The notes beneath the pieces are model-generated. The model did no database searches. It was not told the DNA's origin and saw nothing but the letters and a program-made list of their open reading frames with translations. Of a stretch of DNA of 64,000 nucleotides, positions 52,073-59,663 are shown piece after piece. Source of the stretch: Candidatus Latescibacterota bacterium (GTDB lineage: Bacteria; Latescibacterota; UBA2968; UBA8231); the NCBI GenBank assembly GCA_965200315.1, contig OZ241362.1, positions 1,536,001-1,600,000 on the forward strand, given 5' to 3'. A program made the position numbers and the translations under genes. How positions within the stretch are numbered: position 1 is the first letter of the stretch; each line of letters opens with the position of its first letter.

Positions 52073-53656
52073 TCACCGCACCAACATCAACCGGCGCGTC
52101 CGCGTTTCCCCTCCGACCTTCAACACAGCCCAATACGCCCCGCTGGCTGCACGCTCACCGCTCCAGTGCGCCAAGTGGTGCCCGGCCGCGAGCCGCTCCG
52201 CCACCAAAAGGGCCGTGCGCTGGCCTAAGGCATTGTAGATCGCCAGTTCGACTTCCGCTTCCCTTGTCAAGCGAAAGGGCAGGTTCACCGCGCTGTTGGC
52301 CGGGTTCGGATAAGCCGGAGCCAAGTCGCTACTCCCGGCTCTTTCCTCTGTCTGCATGGCTACGACTGTAGGCGTAAAATACCGGGCCGCGAGGGCAAAC
52401 CCTCCGCCCGTTGGCGAGGTCCTGCCGACGATGACCGCTGCGCTATCTACATCCGCGACCTGCACCTGCCCAGCGTTGTCCGCGCTGAGTTCCATCGCGA
52501 TCAGTTCGCCGCGCTGGTCGCGCATGGCGTACACCCACGCGGCATATTCCCCCTCGGCCGCGCCAGCGAAATCAACGGCTATCTCGCCCTCCGAGCGAAT
52601 AATAACATTGGCTGCGCCCCATTGGCTGCCGACCTCGCCGGCCAGTTCCGCGAAAGGCACATCAGGCGCTGCAACTGCGGAGGCGCGGCGGCCGCGTAGG
52701 GCCTCGTACCCACCCGCGTAGTTAGCCGCAATCCACAAACGCCAAGCACCCGCGTAGTTCTCAACCCAGTTTTGGTTTTTGAAGGCGTCGTCAATGCCCA
52801 AAATGCCGTTGCGCGGCTCGGCGACGATTTGGCGAATCAGTCCTGCACCATAGTGCTCGGCCAAAAACGAGGCGAACAGATAGGTTTTGCCGTAATTCGC
52901 CGCCTCGGTCACCCAATGAGTTAGATTGATACTGGGATCTGCGAGAAAACTCGGCACCATGCTCGGATCGGCCTCGGGAAAACCCACCAACTCTTCGGCG
53001 TACCCAGCAAGCCCTTCGTCAATCCATGCCTCCTCGTCGGAATCGCGGCCCCAATGAATGAGGTGCTGGAATTCGTGCGCTAAGGTTGCGTGGGCGAGAT
53101 AGGCACTGAAGGCCAGCTTGTTCGCGTCGAGATAGACCGTATCGCGCCGAAGTTCGGGCAACAGTGCCTCAGACACCTTACTGTCAAAATAGCCGACTAT
53201 GTTGCCGGGAAGGTCCAAGATCAAGATGAAGATGCGGGGGTCGCCATCCTTATCGGCAGGCTCGCCAAAGGCATCGACCGCTATTTCAAATATTCCACGC
53301 TCAGGATCAGCCGGAGTCGCCGCGTCGAAAAGCGCGCCCAGCTTATCCACATCCGGCTGGGCTGCGATAATGTCCCACTGGCTCTCCTCGACGAAGATAT
53401 AGCAGTGCGTCCCCTTGTAGCGGCAAGTAGCCAACTTGAGCACGAATTCAGTCGGCACGTAAAAATCGAGCTGGGTCCCCACCTCAATGGGGCCTATTTC
53501 TTGCCTTGCGCCAACGGCCTTGGGGGCCAACTCAGGGAAAGACACGCGGTGCTGATCGAGCCAGCGCGTCCCGCATATCCGCTCTTCGGCTACAGCCGCC
53601 AGCGGCAGCGAGAGCATCCACGCAGCCAAGGCCGTACGCAAGAGGAGGCAGACCAT
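52073..53656 (-). CDS. Secreted zinc metallopeptidase (M30/gluzincin-like) with T9SS-type/FlgD-Ig C-terminal sorting domain
   Basis: Signal peptide, LAHEFQHLIH...WIDEG, and C-terminal YPNPAN...IYNALGQ...WSG..ASGAY. Confidence 0.8.
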   Translation of the reverse strand: MVCLLLRTALAAWMLSLPLAAVAEERICGTRWLDQHRVSFPELAPKAVGARQEIGPIEVGTQLDFYVPTEFVLKLATCRYKGTHCYIFVEESQWDIIAAQPDVDKLGALFDAATPADPERGIFEIAVDAFGEPADKDGDPRIFILILDLPGNIVGYFDSKVSEALLPELRRDTVYLDANKLAFSAYLAHATLAHEFQHLIHWGRDSDEEAWIDEGLAGYAEELVGFPEADPSMVPSFLADPSINLTHWVTEAANYGKTYLFASFLAEHYGAGLIRQIVAEPRNGILGIDDAFKNQNWVENYAGAWRLWIAANYAGGYEALRGRRASAVAAPDVPFAELAGEVGSQWGAANVIIRSEGEIAVDFAGAAEGEYAAWVYAMRDQRGELIAMELSADNAGQVQVADVDSAAVIVGRTSPTGGGFALAARYFTPTVVAMQTEERAGSSDLAPAYPNPANSAVNLPFRLTREAEVELAIYNALGQRTALLVAERLAAGHHLAHWSGERAASGAYWAVLKVGGETRTRRLMLVR

Positions 53657-54261
53657 CAGTAGAAATGCCGCACGAGGAAAAACGCCGCTCCCCTAGGCCC
53701 TACTGCCACCTTGGGTGCGAAACCGGTCTGAGCTTGATCCGCGCTGGCCACCCGTGCCGCATGGATGGCGGCCACGAGGTGATTGACGACCACCAATCCC
53801 GTTACATAGAGCGCCTGCCGCTGCGCATGCTGGCTCGCATTGCGCAACTCTCGGTAGTGCTGGCGTGACTCGTCGCGATCCCATTCCCAGAAAAAATCCG
53901 CTTCTACCGGATAGAGCTCGGCGTCTGGGCCGTCCTCGTAGCGGGCGAACTGGTTGTGCTCCAACCGGCTCGCATAAAACCCCAAGTCGTCGAAATAGTC
54001 GCGCCCCTTGCCCTTGGGCCGTGCGTTCGCGCGTTCGGCCGCATACGCCTGGTACCGATCGCGGCGCACCTCGCCCAGCCACTCAAAACCCCAATAGCTG
54101 CCCCAAAGCGCTAGTTCAGCAGCCAAGAAGCCGCCGCCGCCGCCGCGAGCGTACTTCTGCCCCCAACCGGGCACTACGAGAGAGCGCCAAAATGCCCCTT
54201 GGGCCTTCCCGGCCTCAGCCACGCCGGGCAGCAACAAAACCAATGCGATCCAGTGCCACAT
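53656..54261 (-). CDS. DUF5683-like exported/membrane protein
   Basis: Start reassigned to MWHWIAL. AFWRSLVVPGWGQ and VNHLVAAIHA motifs. Paralogous to the neighbouring gene. Confidence 0.6.
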   Translation of the reverse strand: MWHWIALVLLLPGVAEAGKAQGAFWRSLVVPGWGQKYARGGGGGFLAAELALWGSYWGFEWLGEVRRDRYQAYAAERANARPKGKGRDYFDDLGFYASRLEHNQFARYEDGPDAELYPVEADFFWEWDRDESRQHYRELRNASQHAQRQALYVTGLVVVNHLVAAIHAARVASADQAQTGFAPKVAVGPRGAAFFLVRHFY

Positions 54262-54265
54262 AAAC

Positions 54266-55162
54266 TCAATCCAATGGCTTGTAAGCCACGAGCATGGGCA
54301 CGTGCGCCCGCACCCACGGCTGCATGACCAACGCCAAGCGCGTCCGCCGCCGCAGGGCCGCTTGGTCCGCACCCGCAGCGCGCGATCGCGCCACCCGCGC
54401 CGCGTCAATGGCACTGAGAACGTGGTTGATCAGGATGACCCCGCTTATAGTGGAGGCTCGCTTGAGAAAGCGATTGCTCTCGTCGCGTTGGTCTTCGTAG
54501 CGGAGCCGGCGCTCGGAGTGGAAACTTTCAACTGAATCGACATCGGCCGGCGCAGCAGCATTGCCGGTACTGCGCCTCACTAGATCATCCCAACCGGCTA
54601 CATATTGATCGTATTTGCCAATCAACTCGTAGTATTGCTGGATCTGGCTCGGCGCACACCCGCCAAAATCCGCCTTCCCCGACTGCTGCATCGCTGAAAT
54701 GTACACATCGACGACCTCGCTACTACAAGGCAGTGCGTGTGTGATCGACGAATTGTTCGAAATCGCCGAGCCGCGCCAAGCCAAGTAATTGAGCGGATCC
54801 CAGTGTTCGTCGGCCACGGCCCGGAACTCTTCCTCCAAGTCGTTGCCCTTGCCCTTCCAAGCCACCCACATGCCCACTAGCGCGGCTTCGGCCCCCAAGA
54901 ACGCCAACCCCCGCTTCTTGGACCCCGCATACCACTCGCCCAACCCCGGCACCAGCGCGGAAAGCAAAAACGCCCGCTTCGACGACTTGCCCTCGCGCAC
55001 CTGCGTACGCGGTGCCGGCTCGGGATCAGCATCGCCTTCTACTGCCTGCAATCCCACCAAGAACGCCTGCCCCTCTTCGCTCAAAATACTCGGCAATCCC
55101 TCGGCCCGGACGCCGGCGGCAGTTAGCACGGCAACCACTAGCGCGATTCCTGTCCTCGTCAT
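54266..55162 (-). CDS. DUF5683-like exported/membrane protein
   Basis: Signal peptide, AFLLSALVPGLGEWY, QQYYELIGKYDQY..GWDD and INHVLSAIDA. Confidence 0.65.
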   Translation of the reverse strand: MTRTGIALVVAVLTAAGVRAEGLPSILSEEGQAFLVGLQAVEGDADPEPAPRTQVREGKSSKRAFLLSALVPGLGEWYAGSKKRGLAFLGAEAALVGMWVAWKGKGNDLEEEFRAVADEHWDPLNYLAWRGSAISNNSSITHALPCSSEVVDVYISAMQQSGKADFGGCAPSQIQQYYELIGKYDQYVAGWDDLVRRSTGNAAAPADVDSVESFHSERRLRYEDQRDESNRFLKRASTISGVILINHVLSAIDAARVARSRAAGADQAALRRRTRLALVMQPWVRAHVPMLVAYKPLD

Positions 55163-55214
55163 ACTTGCTCCTTTCCATTGCGGCAGCACCCAAAACGCGA
55201 CCAGCTATTATACC

Positions 55215-55564
55215 CTAGTCGCCTTCACGTTCGAGATGATTTCTCAATACATTCTTGACGTAGGCCAGCGTTTCTTCTCCAACTTTTTCTGCGGTTTCTT
55301 TCAATTGGTCATACTCGATTACTTCCTCACCTACCCAAAGGATATCCAGCCTGCGAATCTCTCGCATCGCTACATGACTATAGGATTCTGGAAATGAACG
55401 TCCCTAATTGCTCTTGGCGGATGGTTGTAGCCATAAGTATCCTTAAGTTCCTCTGTCGTGATTTGTCCATTCTCAAGAATGTGTTCAATGACCGTTCTAG
55501 GTCTTGTCGCCTTCACACTCTCCAGCAGTTCTAGGAATTCTGGAGGGTAGTTCTTTTTGCTCAT
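55215..55564 (-). pseudogene. Putative restriction endonuclease gene disrupted by an internal deletion/frameshift
   Basis: N-terminal frame MSKK...YGYNHPPRAIRDV overlaps the MTase stop. A second frame starting near 55397 reads FPESYSHVAMREIRRLDILWVGEEVIEYDQLK...EGD* (stop at 55215). Confidence 0.7.
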
Positions 55565-56478
55565 TCCACAGCGAGCGCCTGCTGAATTTGCGGTATTCTA
55601 TCACGTCTCTGACCATCGTTCAAGCGTTCCACTAAAGCGGGCGAAAGATACAGAGATTCGACGGTCTCGCTCTTGTCGCCCAAGAGTGTCGCTTGGCTCG
55701 AGCGACCAGCGCGAATGTGCAAGTGAGCTAGGGAAAGCGAACGGGGAAGCGGCTTGCCGTGACTTTTTTCGCCGGTTTTCCCGTCGTAGCTCGCCATGTA
55801 AGAAAGCCCCCGGTCGTTCATGGCTTGGAGCGCGTCTGCAAACTCGGCATAACTCAGCCCGCTACAATACCTGTGATCTCTCGTAAAGGACGTACCCTGA
55901 TAGGGCGGGTCCATGTAAATGAGATCCTCTTTCTCGGCCTCCGCGACCACCTTGCGGAAATCTACTGCGGAAAGCGTGGTTTTTCCGGCAAGCAGCGCGT
56001 GAACGCCGAGTATCTGGCGCTGCATAAGTATGGGACGCATGCCCGACCGTCGGTTGTCCGCGCTTTGATTGAACAGGCCCTCGGCACTGTACCGCACCGA
56101 GCCTTTTACTATGCGCGCCAGCAGATAAAGCAAATGATGAGGTCGGTGTTCAGCATTGAATTTGTCGCGGATGCCGCGGAAGAAGGCCCTTTTGTCCAAG
56201 TGCTGTTCCGTCCACAACTGCTCGTAGTTTTTGCTTAGCTCATTTGGCCGCTGCAAAATTTCTTCCCACAGCGCCATCAAAGGTTCGTTTAAATCATTGA
56301 GCCAAAATCGCTTTGCGAGCCTGTGCGCGGCAGCAGCAATAGAAATGGCACCAGACCCGCAAAAAGGCTCAATGAGGGAATCAACATCACGCGGAAAATG
56401 CGCGAGGATGTGCTGTGCAATGCCGCGCTTACTACCCTGATAGGGGAATGGATGCGGAATTGCCATCTGCTGTAACAT
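55561..56478 (-). CDS. Dam/D12-class N6-adenine DNA methyltransferase
   Basis: PFPYQGSKR, EPFCGSGAI, NDLN and YMDPPY. Start reassigned to MLQQMAIP. Confidence 0.9.
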   Translation of the reverse strand: MLQQMAIPHPFPYQGSKRGIAQHILAHFPRDVDSLIEPFCGSGAISIAAAAHRLAKRFWLNDLNEPLMALWEEILQRPNELSKNYEQLWTEQHLDKRAFFRGIRDKFNAEHRPHHLLYLLARIVKGSVRYSAEGLFNQSADNRRSGMRPILMQRQILGVHALLAGKTTLSAVDFRKVVAEAEKEDLIYMDPPYQGTSFTRDHRYCSGLSYAEFADALQAMNDRGLSYMASYDGKTGEKSHGKPLPRSLSLAHLHIRAGRSSQATLLGDKSETVESLYLSPALVERLNDGQRRDRIPQIQQALAVE

Positions 56479-56576
56479 CTCTATCTCTTCTGCATCACGA
56501 CAATGCGGTTTGAGCTTGCTGATTATCAAACTGGCGTTGCAATTGTCGCAATGTGTGCCCCTAACAATCTGCGTTT

Positions 56577-59500
56577 CTACAAATACCCAAACAACACCGT
56601 AAAATAAGACTTCCACCGCCCCTTATCGGGCACCTCGTCAATCCCATACGCCACATCCACCTGCACTCGCATAGGCACGCTGTAATAAGAAATCAAGTCA
56701 AAGCGCAACTGCCCCCCCACATCCCGCAACGGGCCGTCGCGTCCATACCGTTCGTTCCACTCGCCTATGTTCCAGTCCCACGCCTTACCAATACTAGTGT
56801 ACACCGCGCCATACACTTTGTCGAAATATAGCTGTGCAACGCGCTGGCCCATATCCGGCAGCAGGGGAAAGCGCAGCGTCGCCGTGCCCATCAGGGCCTT
56901 GCGCCCCTCAATGCTGTAAAAAGTATAGCCCTTCATAAAATTGAGGCCGCCGAGGTGATAGTCGAAGAAATCGCCGACCCGCGTCGTGTCGTTCGTGTCG
57001 TTCACTACGTCGCTGTCGATCCAGCCGCCGTATAACCGCAGGCCCAAGCGAGTATTGCCGGGCATGCTCATCTGCTCTTTCCAATCGACGGTAAACTGGT
57101 TGTAGAACAGCTTGATATAGTTCTCGTCGATAAAAGATGCCTGCTGGTTAAAGCCGTCGATGAAATAATTAAACATCCGGTCGTAGCGCACGTAGAGTTG
57201 GCGGCCCACCGGGCTTATATCGCGGTCCCGCCGCCGCGCAATCATCTCCATCCTATAGGTCAACCCCAGCCCAAAGCCATTGAGATAGGTATAGCCAAAA
57301 GGCCGCTGGGCAGTGCGCTCAAATCCGACCTGTCCGTCGCCTTTGCAGACGAGACAGTCGCTCTCAACGCTGGCGTCGGAGCGGTCGTACGTGGCCGAGG
57401 CCGTCAACTCCCCATGGCGACCCAATTTGCCGCGCACCCCCACGCTAAACTGGCTCAAGCTGTAGTTGACGGCGTTGACAACGATCGTCCGCGCCTCCGT
57501 GCTGTCGCCGCGAGCCGAGCGTCGGCGCTGATTGAATAGCTGTAAAAAGAAAGTGGGACGGAATCCCTTAAACTCGTATATGGCGAACAAATCGCGGTCG
57601 GCGTTAGCTGGCGCGACGACACCCCCAACGAATATGCTCTGGCGGTCGAGCACATCTCCAGCACTGAGGTACGCACCCGCTTTGAAATTCCCCTCGTCAA
57701 TAAACAACCTCGGCAGGATCCCGGTCTTGAGAAAGTCGATGCCATACGCTTGCGGCGCGCTTGGCAACGCGGGCACTGGTATACCGTCCCAATCCAGCGG
57801 CAGATCTTGAGAAAACCACGCCTCTTCAGCCGCCACCGGCGTCCCCTCGTCGTGCAACCGGCGAATCTCAAAGCCATCCGCCGTATAAGCCGCAAAGACG
57901 ACCGCGCCGTCCGAGCCGCCCGATGGGTTAAACGCTCCGCCAACAGTATTAGTTATCTGCCGTAGCGCACTCGTTGCCAAGTTCAGAGCATAGATATTGA
58001 AAATGCCGCTGAAATCCGACGCAAACACGAGTTCCGCGCCGTCCGCGCTCCACGCTGGGTCGCGGTCCGTACCCGGCGTGGCAATGGCGAGGTCGAAGGT
58101 GCCTTCGGCGAGCAGGTCTCCCCCTGAGTCCAATTCCACCACGGCTATATCGCGCTGTCCTTCGCGCGAAATCGCAAACGCCAGCTTGCGTCCGTCGGGC
58201 GAAAAGCGCGGCGTGTAAAGCTGGGTGCCGTCCGCAAAATGGGTTAGATAGCGCAGGTCCGTGCCGTCGGCCCGCATCATCGCCAAGTTGTTGCTAGTGC
58301 CCTTGTTCTGCACGAAAACGATCCACTCGCCGTCGGGCGAATAGGTCGGATACAGCGCACGCAGCCCGTGCGTCAGCCGCTTGACGCGCGGCGTCTCCGG
58401 TGCCGTGCCGCTGACCATAGCCGGCACTAACCACAGCATATTGCGCCAAAAACTAGGACCAGCGGCCGCGGAATCCCATTCGTAGATATCCGCCTGCCGC
58501 GAACCGTATTTGTCCGCCCGGTCAATGCGCGAAAAGAGCAGCTTGCGCCCATCCGGCGACCAATCTACGGTCGAAGCCGCCGCCGGGAAAGCTGCAATTT
58601 CCTCCTCGCCGGTAGCGAGGTCGCGCACTATCAAACCGTGCGGATAGTGGTGCCGCTTGCCCGTCGATAGATACGCCAATTGCTCGCCATTGGGTGCCAA
58701 CCGTGGCCGCAGATTAGAAAAGCCGACATCCACGATCCGCTCGCCCTCGCGCAGCGGCCCCAACGCCGCTACCTGCGCCTGATAGTCCTGCCGCATGGAC
58801 GTGATCCACTCGCCGTACAGCTCGTCCGTGCTCTTGCCCAAGACCTTTTTGCACGCCCCATCAATGGCCAGTGTGTGCCACTGCGATGCAGCCCGATACA
58901 GTTCGGCGATCTTTTCTTCGCCGTACATCTCGGCGATGTAGCGCACCAATCCAAAGCCGTGGTCGTACACGTATTCGTTGCCAAAGCCCTGCTTGCCAAA
59001 GACGCCCATCTGGTCGAAGGATAGCTGCTCGTCCGCCAGCACCAAGGAGCGGAGCACCATGTCGCGATTGGCGTCCCAGCGGTCGTGCCCCGTAGTCGCC
59101 GTTCCGTACTGAGCCGCACCCTCGGCCAACCACATGGGCACCACCGTGCCCATCACCGGATAGGAGGCGATGACCTCTGGGTAGCCAATGAGAATGTCCG
59201 GCCGGTTCTTCTCCCGCTGGTAGCCAAAGTACTGCAAGTAGAGCGCGGGGACGCGCTGCACGCCTTTGCGCGCAGCACCCAGCGAAATGATGTGGGCAAA
59301 TTCGTGGGTAATTACGTTGCGCAGCCAGTCTGAACTGCCGCGCAAGTCAAAGTCGTGGTCGAGTGACGTAGCCCAAATCTCAATGGTGTCTTGATAAAAG
59401 AAAGCCGCGCCATTGGCGTAATCGTCGTGGTCCTTGAGCACGATCCGCACGCGCCCGTCAGGCTCGTACCCATACAGCTCGGTAATGGGCGCGTACGCGG

Positions 59501-59663
59501 CTTCGGCAATGTGTGCCGCCCGCGCCGCCGCTCCTGCCAACCCTTCGTGGTAGAAAATGCGGAAGTGCTCGGTCTCCACCACCTGCCACGCTAGCTCTGG
59601 GTGGTTTTGGGCCAAGGACGCACTCACCCAACCAAGCAGCAGACAAAGCACCAACTCCCTCAC
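56577..59663 (-). CDS. Outer-membrane protein: peptidase MA-like domain + PD40/TolB beta-propeller + Omp85/BamA-like barrel
   Basis: ETEHFRIFY, ITHEFAH...WLAEG, repeated P.(W/F/Y)SPDG, LGG...KGY and aromatic-rich terminal strands. Confidence 0.75.
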   Translation of the reverse strand: MRELVLCLLLGWVSASLAQNHPELAWQVVETEHFRIFYHEGLAGAAARAAHIAEAAYAPITELYGYEPDGRVRIVLKDHDDYANGAAFFYQDTIEIWATSLDHDFDLRGSSDWLRNVITHEFAHIISLGAARKGVQRVPALYLQYFGYQREKNRPDILIGYPEVIASYPVMGTVVPMWLAEGAAQYGTATTGHDRWDANRDMVLRSLVLADEQLSFDQMGVFGKQGFGNEYVYDHGFGLVRYIAEMYGEEKIAELYRAASQWHTLAIDGACKKVLGKSTDELYGEWITSMRQDYQAQVAALGPLREGERIVDVGFSNLRPRLAPNGEQLAYLSTGKRHHYPHGLIVRDLATGEEEIAAFPAAASTVDWSPDGRKLLFSRIDRADKYGSRQADIYEWDSAAAGPSFWRNMLWLVPAMVSGTAPETPRVKRLTHGLRALYPTYSPDGEWIVFVQNKGTSNNLAMMRADGTDLRYLTHFADGTQLYTPRFSPDGRKLAFAISREGQRDIAVVELDSGGDLLAEGTFDLAIATPGTDRDPAWSADGAELVFASDFSGIFNIYALNLATSALRQITNTVGGAFNPSGGSDGAVVFAAYTADGFEIRRLHDEGTPVAAEEAWFSQDLPLDWDGIPVPALPSAPQAYGIDFLKTGILPRLFIDEGNFKAGAYLSAGDVLDRQSIFVGGVVAPANADRDLFAIYEFKGFRPTFFLQLFNQRRRSARGDSTEARTIVVNAVNYSLSQFSVGVRGKLGRHGELTASATYDRSDASVESDCLVCKGDGQVGFERTAQRPFGYTYLNGFGLGLTYRMEMIARRRDRDISPVGRQLYVRYDRMFNYFIDGFNQQASFIDENYIKLFYNQFTVDWKEQMSMPGNTRLGLRLYGGWIDSDVVNDTNDTTRVGDFFDYHLGGLNFMKGYTFYSIEGRKALMGTATLRFPLLPDMGQRVAQLYFDKVYGAVYTSIGKAWDWNIGEWNERYGRDGPLRDVGGQLRFDLISYYSVPMRVQVDVAYGIDEVPDKGRWKSYFTVLFGYL

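Noticed and set aside
54789-55397. 202-aa plus-strand ORF spanning the R-M boundary
   Set aside because: It is antisense to the DUF5683-like gene and the endonuclease remnant and has no motifs.
56479-56616. N-terminal extension of the Dam-like MTase overlapping the Omp85-like gene
   Set aside because: Homology begins at MAIPHPFPY, and the upstream part looks like promoter/RBS sequence. Similar over-long ORF-track starts were trimmed for larA, ilvH, cyoE, panC and others.
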